NCBI GenBank assembly: GCA_964016885.1
Contig: OZ024741.1
Coordinates: forward strand, 218,736,001-218,800,000
Length of the DNA stretch: 64,000 nucleotides
Reading direction: 5' to 3'
DNA from: Eledone cirrhosa
Taxonomy: Eukaryota
The notes below the pieces were generated by a model. That model saw nothing but the letters and a program-made list of their open reading frames with translations. It ran no database searches and was not told the origin of the DNA. A program made the translations under genes and the position numbers. Positions 51,104 to 63,704 of the stretch are shown piece by piece. Numbering within the stretch: the first letter of the stretch is position 1; each line of letters opens with the position of its first letter.

Positions 51104-51560
51104 TATATATAGTTTATCAAAGTTCTTTCGTTGCACATCTGCAACATCGTCAGTGGTGCTATTGTTTCCTCCCGTTGCATTGTATTTTCTACGCCATCTT
51201 TATTTAGTCTGTTTATATATTTATTTATTTGTTTATTTTATTTTGTCTTCTTTGCGCATGCGTTTGCGTGTGTGTATAGTGTTTTGTTTGATGTGTGTTC
51301 GTGATTGGGTGGCTGTGTATTGGTTAATGTATTCTATCTTAGTTTACTAGTCTGTGTTTATATGTGTTAGGTCAGTGTTGTTTGTTTGGGTGTTGTTGTT
51401 ATTCCATTCATTTTTTCTGTTACAGAAAAAATGAATGGAATAACAACAACACCCAAACAAACAACACTGATCTAAGAGAAGTATAAATAAATAAATAAAT
51501 AGATAAATAAATACATACACAAGCACAATAACAACAAACACATATAAACACACACTAATA
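51104..51560. mobile_element. Penelope fold-back: long minus arm with hammerhead-like motif plus short inverted arm
   Basis: Both arms homologous to 5217-5560; palindrome 51367-51420 / 51422-51475 with 1-nt spacer at the NRKNEW end of the GIY-YIG ORF. Confidence 0.85.
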
Positions 51561-51576
51561 AAGATAGATATGTGAT

Positions 51577-51665
51577 AGATATTATGTGAGATAATTATGC
51601 ATGGTAAAGCCTTTACTGTGAAAATATAATAGTATATATATAGAATAAAATTAAATGCTAAAGGG
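51577..51665. mobile_element. Partial piggyBac-like MITE (one end)
   Basis: TAAATGCTAAAGGG-TTAA terminus; internal match to 62120-62189. Confidence 0.7.
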
Positions 51666-52122
51666 TTAAAATACTCTTCACAGGGATTAATGGCAGCCTA
51701 TATCATGATAACAGACTATTCTCACTCTATAAAATGAACCCTGAACCATATATATCATCATTATCATCGTTTAAAGTCCCTTTTCCACATTAACATAGGT
51801 TAAATGGGTTGTCCCATGAAAAGCAAGTCAGGTCAGGTGACAGCTCATACAGAACTGTTTCTGGCTAGGTTTCTACAGCTGGATGCCCTTCCTAACACCA
51901 ACCACATTTACAGTGTCTGGTGGATGCTTTTTGTCACGTCTCGTACATGACAACTTTACACACACACACACACACACACATTAAGAGTCACAAACACACT
52001 TACACACACATATATATAATAGAAGGTCAGTCCCGACTCTTTATAATATAACCATACTACTACCCCAAGTATCCAGTACTCTGTTGAGTAATGGTCTAAC
52101 TAGTTTTAAACTGGTGCTATCT

Positions 52123-52167
<45 letters not shown>

Positions 52168-52197
<30 letters not shown>

Positions 52198-52545
52198 CCG
52201 TTTTACGTCCGTTCTTCCACGCTAGCATGGGTTAGACGAGTTGTCCTGTTGTGGGCAGTGTCCAGACGGGAACTGATTCTGGCTAAATTTCTACAGCTGG
52301 ATGCCCTTCCTAACACCAACCTCATTTACAGTGAGTGCTGGGTGCTTTTTTTTTCTGTGGCACCTACACGCCCACTTTACAGTGTGGGCTGGGTGCTTTT
52401 TTGCCGTGGCACCTCCATGATCACTTTGCAGTGGGAGGGGGTGGGGGCATATTGTCTATATGCTTCAGCTTGTATCCGTGGGGGTGGGGGGGGGTCTTCT
52501 GTATTACTGTGTGATGCCAGAGGTCACGGTCGTGTCAGAGAGGTG
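52168..52545 (-). mobile_element. RTE LINE 3' end
   Basis: Reverse complement of ~45605-46000 with deletions; an older tail copy lies at ~51755-51960. Confidence 0.85.
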
Positions 52546-52738
52546 CAAAATAATTGCCGAGTGACGACTTGATGCTCTTGCAAAGCAGAGTATCAATAGT
52601 ATTAGAGTAAAGGAACAAATAATCAGATTTTTCGATTCCAGAGTCAGTTCGGTCAATAATAGATTGTTCCTTGAGCCGATCGACAGTGAAACATGTGTTA
52701 TTAAATATGTTGTGATATTTTGTACCTTTATTCTCATA

Positions 52739-52797
<59 letters not shown>

Positions 52798-52972
52798 TTG
52801 TAAAAGTGAGGGGACCAAGGGAGAGAATAGATGTGGAAGGGAATAAGGGGGATCTTGCATAGATTTGACAAGAATTGATTGTGAGGTGACGAAAGTCTTT
52901 ATATAGCTGCGGGGAGAGCAATCGTGGATTTAATTATGCAGTAGGACATGTACACATACTTAGCTTTGCTTT

Positions 52973-53298
52973 GGCCCCACTAGGTCACAAATGACCCTGG
53001 TTTTACACCTAGAAGTTCCCCTCCGAGGCTCAAGCCTGGGCAGTTTGTTTTGTGGAAGACCAGCAGTCACCCATGTATACCAGTCTCTCCTCTCCACACC
53101 ACCGATGTTGTCCAAGGGAAAGGTAATGGCCGATACAGTTTGGGACCAGTGACGTCACAACTCATTTCTACAGCTGAGTAAACTGGAGCAACTTGACATA
53201 AAGTGCCTTGCTCAAAGACACAACGCATCGCCCGGTCTGAGAATTGAACTCACAACCTCTCAATTGCAAGCCCAATGCTCTAACCACTACGCCATGCA
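52973..53298 (-). mobile_element. SINE family S2, near full length
   Basis: Minus strand TGGCGTAGTGG A box, GAGTTCAATTC B box, TTGAGCAAGGCACTT, CTCCAGTTTACTCAGCTGTAGAAATGAG as at 9113-9253. Confidence 0.82.
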
Positions 53299-53536
53299 TG
53301 TACACATACACACACTAAATAACTATATATCTATATTTCGTTTCTGAATTTATTGGCAACATGACCCTCCCAAAGTATAACAATATATATCTATACTTAC
53401 ACATATATACATACACACACACACACATATATACAGACACACATATATGCATACATGCGCATACACATATATGCATACATGCGCATACACATATATGCAA
53501 ATGATGATGATGATGACAATTGTTTCTGCTTTTAGC

Positions 53537-56300
53537 ACTACCACCACTACTACTACCACCACCACCACCACCACTACCACTACCACCACCACTACGCCCA
53601 CTACTACAATTACTACCACCACCACCACTACCACCACCACTACTACCACCACCACTACTACAATTACTACCACCACCACCACCACCACTACCACAACCAC
53701 CACTACTACCACCACTACTACAACTACTACCACCACCACCACAACAACCACAACAACCACCACTACTACCACTACTACTGCTATTATTACAATAGAAACT
53801 GATTTTGGAGCAAGAATATTCCAAATGCCATTTCAGTTTCCATGTTAGTGGAGGAATTCCACAGTGGTACTGTAGTGGTGGTGGTGATGGTGGTGGTGGT
53901 GGTGGTGGTGGTGGTGGTGGTGTTGGTGGTGGGAGGTTAGTGGTGGTGGTGGTGGTGGTGGTGGTGGTGGTGTTGGTGGTGGGAGGTTAGTGGTGGTGGT
54001 GGTGGTGGTGGTAGTGGTGGTGGTGGTGGTGGTGGTGGTGGTGGTGGTGGTGGTGGTGGTGGTGTTGGTGGTGGTGGTGGTGTTGGTGGTGGTGGAGGTG
54101 ATGGTGGTGGGAGGTTAGTGGTGGTGGTAGTGGTGGTGGTGGTGGTGGTGGTGGTGGTGGTGGTAGTGATGGTGGTGTTGGTGGTGGGAGGTTAGTGGTG
54201 GTGGTGGTGGGAGGTTAGTGGTGGTAGTGGTGGTGGTGGTGATGGTGATTGTCTTATGTTGGTGGTGGTGGTGGTGGTGGTGTTGGTGGTGGTGGTGGTG
54301 GTGGTGGTGGTGGGAGGTTAGTGGTGGTGGTAGTGGTGGTGGTGGTGGTGGTGGTGATGGTGGTGTTGGTGGTGGGAGGTTAGTGGTGGTAGTGGTGGTG
54401 GTGGTGGTGGTGGTGGTGATAGTGGGAGGTTAGTGGTGTTGGTGGTGATGTTGGAGGTGGTCGTGATGGTGGGAGGTTAGTGGTGGTGTTGGTGATATTG
54501 GTGGTGGGAGGTTAGTGGTGATGTTAGTGATGTTGGTGGTGATGGTGATGGTGGAAGGTTAGTGGTGTTGGTGGTGATGTTGGTGGTGGTGATGATGGTG
54601 GGAGGTTAGTGGTGTTGGTGATGTTGGTGGTGGTGGTGATGGTGGGAGGTTAGTGGTGTTGGTGGTGATCTTGGTGGTGGTGATGGTGGGAGGTTAGTGG
54701 TGTTGGTGGTGATCTTGGTGGTGGTGGTGATGGTGGGAGGTTAGTGGTGTTGGTGATGTTGGTGGTGGTGGTGATGGTGGGAGGTTAGTGGTGTTGGTGG
54801 TGATCTTGGTGGTGATGGTGGGAGGTTAGTGGTGTTGGTGGTGATGTTGGTGGTGGTGGTGATGGTGGGAGGTTAGTGGTGTTGGTGATGTTGGTGGTGG
54901 TGGTGATGGTGGGAGGTTAGTGGTGTTGGTGGTGATCTTGGTGGTGGTGGTGATGGTGGGAGGTTAGTGGTGTTGGTGATGTTGGTGGTGGTGATGGTGG
55001 GAGGTTAGTGGTGTTGGTGGTGATCTTGGTGGTGATGGTGGGAGGTTAGTGGTGTTGGTGGTGATGTTGGTGGTGGTGGTGATGGTGGGAGGTTAGTGGT
55101 GTTGGTGATGTTGGTGGTGGTGGTGATGGTGGGAGGTTAGTGGTGTTGGTGGTGATCTTGGTGGTGGTGGTGATGGTGGGAGGTTAGTGGTGTTGGTGAT
55201 GTTGGTGGTGGTGATGGTGGGAGGTTAGTGGTGTTGGTGGTGATCTTGGTGGTGGTGGTGATGGTGGGAGGTTAGTGGTGTTGGTGGTGATCTTGGTGGT
55301 GGTGGTGATGGTGGGAGGTTAGTGGTGTTGGTGGTGATCTTGGTGGTGGTGGTGATGGTGGGAGGTTAGTGGTGTTGGTGATGTTGGTGGTGGTGGTGAT
55401 GGTGGGAGGTTAGTGGTGTTGGTGGTGATCTTGGTGGTGGTGATGGTGGGAGGTTAGTGGTGTTGGTGGTGATGTTGGAGGTGGGAGGTTAGTGGTGATG
55501 TTGGAGGTGGTGGTGGTTTTGATGGTGATTGTGCTGTTGGTGATGGGTGTGGCGGGGTGGCGTTGGGTGTGGCAGTGATGGTGGTGGTGATGGTAGTGAT
55601 GGTGTTGATGGTGGGGGTAATGGCATTAGTGATGGTGTTGGGTGTGGTGTTGATGGTGGGGGTAATGGCATTAGTGATGGTGTTGGGTGTGGTGTTGATG
55701 GTGGGGGTTGTAGTGGGGATGATGGTAGTGATGATGATTGTTGTGGTGGGGTTAGTGGTGGTGGTTGTAATTGTTGTGGTGGTGTTAGTGGTGGTGGTTG
55801 TGGCAGTGGTGGTAATTGTTGTGGTGGTGGTGGTAAGGATGATGGTGATTATAGTGATGGTGTTAGTGGTGGTGGTGGTGGTGGTGATTTTAGTAATGGT
55901 GTTAGTGGTGGTTGTGGTGTTGGTGGTGGTGGTGGTGTTAGTGGAGTAATTCCACACTTTTGCTGTAGTTATAATGGTGTTGGTGGTGGTGGTGGTGATG
56001 GTGGTGGTGGTGGTGTAGGTGGTGGTGTTGATGGTCATGGTGATGGTGGTGGTGGTGGTGGTGGTGGTGTTGATGGTGGCATAGGAATTGCTGATGGTGA
56101 TGGTACTGATTGTGGTGTAGGTGTTGTTGGTGGTAGTGATGGCAGTAGTAGTGGTGGTAGTTATGGTGGTAGTAGCAGTTACTATGTTGTAGTAGTACCT
56201 GTTATACTACAACATAGACCATATCTTTACAGGTGTATGGTGGTGGTAGTGGTGCCAGTAGTAGTAGAGGTGGTAGTGGTTGTTACTATGTGGTAGTAGT
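53537..56300. repeat. (ACC/ACT)n tract, short unique spacer, then (GGT)n array punctuated by GGGAGGTTAG every ~37-45 bp
   Basis: Direct reading. Confidence 0.93.
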
Positions 56301-56669
56301 AACTGTTATACTACAACATAGACCATATCCTTAGAACGGTATGGGAGTGGTGACTATATTGTGGTAGACATTGCTGTGTTGTGGCTGTTGTATGGTAGTG
56401 GTAGCAGCTGTTATACTACAACACAGACTATAACCTCTGTTGTGGCTGTTGTATGGTAGTGGTTGGTAGCAGCTGTTATACTACAACACAGACTATAACC
56501 TCTGTTGTGGCTGTGGTATGGTAGTGGTAGCAGCTGTTATACTACAACATAGACTATATCAATATTCACCATTCTCAGACAACCTATGAAGGTCATTGAC
56601 ACTACCTCCCTCCCCCACCAACCTCCTCCTCATCATCCCCTTCACTAAACCATAAAAATACATTGTTTC

Positions 56670-58300
56670 GATGGTAGTGGTAGTGATGGTAGCGGTGGGG
56701 ATGGTGGTAGTGGTGGTAGCGGAGATGGTGGCAGTCGTGGGGATGGTGGTGGTGGTGGTAGTGATGGTAGCGGAGATGGTGGTAGCGGTAAGGATGGTGG
56801 TGGTGGTAGTGGTGGTAGCGGAGATGGTGGCAGTGGTGGGGATGGTGGTGGTGGTGGTAGTGGTGGTAGTGGAGACGGTGGCAGTGGTGGGGATGGTGGT
56901 GGTGGTGGTAGTGGAGGTAGCGGAGATGGTGGCAGTGGTGGGGATGGTGGTGGTGGTGGTAGTGGTGGTAGTGGAGACGGTGGCAGTGGTGGGGATGGTG
57001 GTGGTGGTGGTAGTGGAGGTAGCGGAGATGGTGGCAGTGGTGGGGATGGTGGTGGTGGTGGTAGTGGTGGTAGTGGAGACGGTGGCAGTGGTGGGGATGG
57101 TGGTGGTGGTGGTAGTGGAGGTAGCGGAGATGGTGGCAGTGGTGGGGATGGTGGTGGCAATGGTGGTAGTGGGGATGGTGGCAGTGATGGCAGTGGTGGT
57201 GGTAGTGGTGGTAGTGGTTGTGGTGGAGATGGTGGTGGTGGCAGTGGTAGTGGTGGTAGTGGTGGCAGCAGTGGTGGTGGTAGCAGTGGTGGGGACGGTG
57301 GTGGTAGCAGTGGTGGGGATGGCGGTGTCAGCAGTGGTGGAAATGGTGGTGGTGGTTGTGGCAGTGGTGGAGATGGTGGTGGTGATGGTAGAGGAGATGG
57401 TGGTAGTGTGGTGTTGTGGTGGTGTTATTGTTGTTGGTGGTGGTGATGGTAGTGGCAGTGGTGGAGATGGTGGTAGTGGCTGTGGTTGTAGCAGTACTGG
57501 TGGTATTGTGGTGGTGTTGTTGTGTTGGTGGTAGTGGTGATGGAGGTGGAGATGGTAGTGGAGATGGTGTTGGTGGCGGTGTTGTTGTTATTGGTGGTGG
57601 TGATGGTAGTGGCAGTAGTGGAGGTGGTGGTGGCTGTGGTGGTAGTGGAGATGGTGGTGGTGGTTGTGGCAGTGGTGGAGATGGTGGTGGTGGCAGTGGT
57701 TGTAGCAGTACTGATGGTATTGTGGTGTTGTGGTGGTGGTGATGGTGGTGGTGATAGTGTTGGTGGCAGTATTGTTGTTGTTGTTGGTGGTGGTGATGGT
57801 AGTGGCAGTGGTGGAGATGGTGGTGGTGGTGGTAATGGCAGAGATTGCTGTTGTAGTGGTAGTGTTGGTGGTGGCATTGGTGGTAATGGTTGTGGTGGTA
57901 TGGTTACGGTGGTGACGTTGGTGGTGGTAATGGTGGTGGTGGTGGTATGGTTCGGTGGTAGTGGTAAGGGCAGTGATTATGGTGGTAATGGTGGTGGTAT
58001 GGTTCGGTGGTATGGTGACGGTGGTGGTGACGTTGGTGGTGGTAATGGCAGTGATTATGGTGGTAATGGTGGTGGTGGTGGTGGTGGTATGGTTCGGTGG
58101 TATGGTGACGGTGGTGGTGATGGTGGTAGTGGTAATGGCAGTGATTATGGTGGTGATGGTGGTGGTGGTAATGACAGTGGTGGTATGGTTACTGTGGTGA
58201 TGGTGGTGTGGTGGTGGTGGTGGTGATAATGGCAATGATTATGGTCGTGGTTGTTGTGGTGGTTGTGGTGGTATGGTTACGGTGGCAGTGGTGGTGGTAG
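56670..58300. repeat. GGT-rich array including a 51-bp unit (alternating variants, ~56800-57150)
   Basis: 17-codon periodicity in the poly-Pro pseudo-ORF. Confidence 0.9.
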
Positions 58301-58587
58301 TGGTGAAAATGTAGATGCTAGTAGCAGTGGTAATTGTAGCTGCCGCCACACATCCTAAAATGTAAGCAATCATAGAAATGCCACGTATGTAGTGTTTATG
58401 CACACATATGTACACATGTGTGCACGTATATATATATATATATATATAAGTACACATGTAGTTAGTTTAGTATATAATATATATATATATATGTAAGTAT
58501 GTATGTATGTATGTCAATATATGTGTCTCTGTGTGGGTGGATAAATTATGCCATTACATTACTGATAGACACAGGAATGATAGGCGG

Positions 58588-59410
58588 AGAGAGAGAGATA
58601 TATATATATATACAGTGGGACAGAGAGAGAGAGGGAGAGAGAGAGAGAGATACAGAGAGAGAGAGAGAGAGAGATACAGTGGGACACAGAGAGAGAGAGG
58701 TATATATATATATATACAGAGGGACAGAGAGAGAGAGAGAGAGATAGAGAGAGAGAGGGGGAGAGGGAGAAAAAAGAAAGAGAAAGAGAGAGAAAATGAT
58801 AGACGGGTCAAAAGAAAAGAATGAGAGAATGAAAGAGGGGGAGAGAGAGAGAGGGAGAGGGAATAAGAGACAGATGGAGAAAGAGAGAGAAAGAGAGAGA
58901 AAGAGATATCCTGAGCAAGAGAAAGGGGAGAGAGAGAGAGAGAGAGAGAGGGAAAGGGAAAGATATAGACACACATGAAAAGAAAAAGAAAATCAGAGCC
59001 GGATGGACAGACAGGCAGACCACCACTCACATACACTCACACATACACACATACACTCACACATACACTCACACATACATCCACTCACACATACATCCAC
59101 TCACACATACATCCACACATACATCCACGCATACACTCACACATACATCCACACATACACTCACACATACATACACACATACACTCACACATACATCCAC
59201 ACATACACTCACATACATCCACACATACACACATACATCCACACATACACTCACACATACATCCACACATACACTCACACATACACACATACACTCACAT
59301 ACATCCACACATACACACATACATCCACACACACACACTCACACATACATCCACACATACACTCACACATACACACACAGACATACACTCACACATACAC
59401 ACACACATGT
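58588..59410. repeat. (GA)n-rich then (CA)n-rich degenerate microsatellites
   Basis: Direct reading. Confidence 0.9.
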
Positions 59411-59569
59411 GCAACAGTTGTATATAAAAAGCTAACTGTAAGTTTGTTTATAACTACTGTAAATATTATGAGAAAGCAGCAACAATATTATATATATATA
59501 TCGTGCATCTGAGCACTTAACACAATAATTTCATTATTATTATATATCTATATATATATATATATAATG

Positions 59570-59774
59570 AAGGAAATGTGGTAAGGAACCAGGTGGACCA
59601 TAACGCACCAAAGTACTCAATACTTAGGGTAGTAGAGTGGGTAATAGGAACGAGTAGGACCCCGATGGCTGAGCCCAAGCCGTTTCGACGGTTAATTCCA
59701 CACATACATACATACAGGTCCAGAATTAGCTGTCAAAACGGCTTGAGCTCAGCCGTCGGGGTCCTACTCGTTTC

Positions 59775-59777
<3 letters not shown>
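59570..59777. mobile_element. Fold-back element with half-hammerhead arms (~55 bp)
   Basis: 59644-59698 vs 59723-59777; arm consensus GAAA-CGGCT..AGCCG-TC is helix III plus a GUC site; CUGANGA half absent. Confidence 0.65.
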
Positions 59778-59828
<51 letters not shown>

Positions 59829-60787
59829 TACATACACACACATATATATATGTATACGCACACACACATATACACACATATATAATATATACACACATAC
59901 GTACACGCATATTATGTTATATTAGACAAAGTTCATGCATGTGTATGTCCCATCTTCTCTGATAACGCATTAATCATTGCTTATTTCTCCTCCACATTAC
60001 ATTCTCATCTTATACATCTCTTCTTTCTCTATGTAGCTATCACCTATTTCCCTGCTTCCACCTCGGTGTATCATTAACATGTTTTACTACTCTACCTCTT
60101 ACATCCCTTCGCTCACCTCTTCCCATATCTTTCTATATTTCCCTCTGTATCTTTTATTCCATCAGTTTCTCCTCCTCATCTACCATTCTCGATGTTTGTT
60201 TATATTTAGATATTTTCTATAAGTTGTATTTGATACTCAATATTAGCTTAGGCACACATTTGTGTCTTTCATTTATCTAGCAATTGTACTTTTATTTAAA
60301 ATGGCATTTCTTTAATTCCTCTTTAATTTAAAATTGTGTTTTTAACCATTTCTTACATTAAGGGTGTTGGGTTAACAGAACTGGTAAAGTGTCAGACAAA
60401 ATACTGGTAAAGTGTCAGACAAAATACTCTGGAAGTAATGGTAGAGGTTCTTTACATTTTCAGTTCAAATCTTGCTGAGATCAACTTTGCTTTTCATCCT
60501 TTCGGGGTCGATATAATGAACTCTCTCCTCACCACAAATTGCTAGCCATGTGCCTAAATAAGAAACCAATATTTCTTACATAGGGAAGCTGTTTGATTGG
60601 CTGTGCCAGTAGAATATCAGACAGAATATTTGTATCATTTAGTTGCAGCCTTTTACATTCTGAGTTCAAATTGCCTTTCATTCTTCAGGGACCAACTTTG
60701 CCTTTCATTCTTCAGGGTTCAATTTTCGTCTTACTGGAGTCAATATAATCAAATTTCCTCTTCCTCCTAATTGCTGGTCTTGTGCCT

Positions 60788-61380
60788 ATCATCATCATCA
60801 TTTAACATGCACTTTCCCTGCTAGCAAGGGCTGAATAGGTCTACGTATACTAAGTCAGTACTGAAGCAGGGTTACTGACCTCCCAGACAGACCTAGGGGT
60901 CTGTATTCCACTTATGTACCGTCATATTGAGTGAAGAGAAATTGTCATATTTTTGAGACAAACTGAAGGGTCCTACTAACCCCTTGTTGACAAGCTTTCT
61001 ATGGCTGGATGCCCTTCCTATCACCACCCACTTTACTGCGAGTACTGGGTACTTTTATTGTGTAGATCACCAGCACTAAGGAGATTGCTATGTCCTTGAC
61101 ACAACTAAAGGTGCTTTGCATCCCATTGTTTGGCAAGCTTTCTATGACTGGATGCCCTTCCTAACACTAACCACTTTACAGCATGTACTGGGTACTCTTA
61201 TTACGTAGATCACCAGCAGTAGGGAGGTTGTCATATTCTTGACATAGACTGAAGGGTCCCCCATCCCTTTGTTCGGTAAGCCTTCTACCACTGGATGCCC
61301 CTCCTATCACCAACTACTTAACAGCATGAACTGAGTGCATTTATCATGTGGGCCACCAACACTAGGGAGGTTGTTGTGTC
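60788..61380 (-). mobile_element. Old RTE-type 3'UTR with internal ~125-145-bp triplication
   Basis: CTGGATGCCCTTCCTA(T/A)CAC three times; (CAT)n at the left end. Confidence 0.65.
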
Positions 61381-61407
61381 TATGTTGGAAAGAATTATTT
61401 CTTACAA

Positions 61408-61464
61408 AACCCTCTCCCTAAATTTCTGGCCTTGTAAGAAGGCCAGAAATTTAGGGAGAGGGTT
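61408..61464. repeat. Perfect 26-bp inverted repeat at a SINE S1 tail
   Basis: AACCCTCTCCCTAAATTTCTGGCCTT-gtaag-AAGGCCAGAAATTTAGGGAGAGGGTT. Confidence 0.9.
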
Positions 61465-61643
61465 ATGTTGATTAAATTGGCACCAGCGTTTTATATTTTT
61501 ACAACTCCTGAAAGATGAAAGACAAAGTTTACCTGAGCGGGATTAAAGTCAGTGCGTAAAGAGTCAGAATAACTACTGCAAGGTATTTTGTTCAATCATT
61601 AAATAATAATGATAATGGTGGGGGGGGGGTGATATGATGACAG

Positions 61644-61677
<34 letters not shown>

Positions 61678-61981
61678 GGTGGTGGTGGTGGTGGTGGTGG
61701 TGGTGGTGGTGGTGGTGGTGATGGTGTTAGTGGTGATGGTGGTGATGTTGTTGGTGGTGATGGTCTAGTGATTCTACCAAACCATTTTTAACATTGGAAC
61801 AAGGCCAGAAAGATAAGATTTTGGAATGTGCCTGCCAAAGTAACGCCCCACTGTTATTGGTGTGTTAGAGACTGTAAAGATCTCTGGAAGACATAGAGGT
61901 AACAACAGCAACGTTGATCCAAAAGTCTGCCTTACCAGGTACAGCAAGAACAATGAGAAACTAGATGTGACCCCATCTTAA

Positions 61982-62189
61982 CCTTTTAGCATTTAAACCG
62001 GCCGTATCCGTCCGAAATTCTCTCATCTTTTTCTGTTCAAACCGGCTATAGCCGGCCATTCATACTTATGTTAAGGTATTGTTCTCAAAATAAATATTAT
62101 CAAAATCTCATAGACTCAATATTATGTGAGATAAAGCCTTTACCATGAAAATACAATATTAAATATAGAGTAATGTAAATGGTAAAGGG
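61982..62189. mobile_element. piggyBac-like MITE, inverted relative to 7961-8167
   Basis: TTAA at 61978-61981 and 62190-62193; same TIRs with one mismatch each. Confidence 0.85.
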
Positions 62190-62209
62190 TTAACAGCAAC
62201 ATTTTGTTG

Positions 62210-62490
62210 AAACTTGCCTGATAGATGTCACAGCCCTTGCTGACATAAAGACCTCTAAAAGCATTTGACAAATTCAATAAAAACAAAGACCTGGAAATAG
62301 AAATTATCAGAATGTGGCATTTCAAAAGAATTACATTACCTGTAGATATTGTGACACCTGGACTGATATCCAAGGTGGTAAACAATTATATAGCCCAAAT
62401 TACTGCCTACCCTAAAACTGGTGAGTTGCAAAAACATCATTCTCATGAGTACTTCACAAATTTTGCACAAGTTTCTCTCTTTGTAGTCAC
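62210..62490 (+). mobile_element. Decayed R4/Dong-like RLE fragment
   Basis: CLIDV...KDLEIEIIRMWH...LPV.I...GLI...LQK; a further RLE tail (IQKSAL.GTARTMR) at ~61810-61965. Confidence 0.65.
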
Positions 62491-63070
62491 AAAGTTTCTA
62501 CATACAAATATATACAACGTTGATACAGATGAGCAAGACGGGGTCTCCTGGCCTGACTTGTCTCATAACTTGACAACCTGTCTAACTCATTCAAGGGTGG
62601 AAAGTGGACCTTAAACGATGATGATGGTGGTGGTGGTGGTGGTGGTGGCGGGGATGATAATGATGATGGTGGTGGTGGTGGTGGTGGCGGAGATGATAAT
62701 GATGATGGTGGTGGTGGTGGTGGTGGCGGAGATGATAATGATGATGGTGGTGGTGGTGGTGGTGGTGGTGGTGATGATGATAATGATGGTGGTGGCGGTG
62801 AGGATGATGGTGGTGGTGGTGGTGGTGATAATGATGGTGATGGTGGTGGTGGTGGTGATGATGATGATGATGGTGATGGTGATGGTGGGATGATGATGAT
62901 AAACACACTCAAATATTTATATATGGTCCCGTGTAACTCCCGGGGGAGTTGTAGGGGAGTTGTATTGATATATGGCGTTTCTTGGGCATTTTAATCCTGG
63001 CAGAGCCCATCCCTCTCCAGGCCTGAGTACAGTAGATTTCAGAGAAAGACAGTTAGAGAGAGAAGAAATA

Positions 63071-63520
63071 GAAAGAGATATAGAGGAAGAATCAACCCCC
63101 AGTACTAGACTGGTACTTTTTTTTATCGACCTCGAAAGGATGAAAGGCAAAGTTGCCCTCGGTGGGATTTGAACTCTGAGAGCAGAGAGCCGGCGAAGAG
63201 GAAAATGAGAAAGAGATATAGAGGAAGAATCAACCCCAGTACTAGACTGGTACTTTTTTTTATCGACCTCGAAAGGATGAAAGGCAAAGTTGACCTCAGC
63301 GGGATTTGAACTCTGAGAGCAGAGAGCCGGCGAAGAGGAAAATGAGAAAGAGATATAGAGGAAGAATCAACCCCAGTACTAGACTGGTACTTTTTTTTAT
63401 CGACCTCGAAAGGATGAAAGGCAAAGTTGACCTCAGCGGGATTTGAACTCTGAGAGCAGAGGGCTGAAATACCATAAAGTATTCTATCTGATATTCTAAC
63501 AACTCTGCCAATTCACCACC
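63071..63520 (-). mobile_element. SINE S1 with internal ~137-bp triplication
   Basis: Units start at 63071, 63209 and 63346. Confidence 0.85.
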
Positions 63521-63704
63521 TTCAATCAAATATATACACTCACTAATAGGTTGTAAACTAAAACTTGTAGATTATCTTATCAATCGTACAACTACATGGT
63601 ATATCACTTGTTAACACTGATCAGTCTGCTTTCTCTAGATTGAGATTTGGGGGGTAGATAATACAAACAAAAATAAAGTAAAAATAGAATAATAATAATA
63701 ATTA

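Noticed and set aside
53930-55500. GGTTAG as an interstitial telomere
   Set aside because: Single hexamers inside a GGT minisatellite, never tandem TTAGGG
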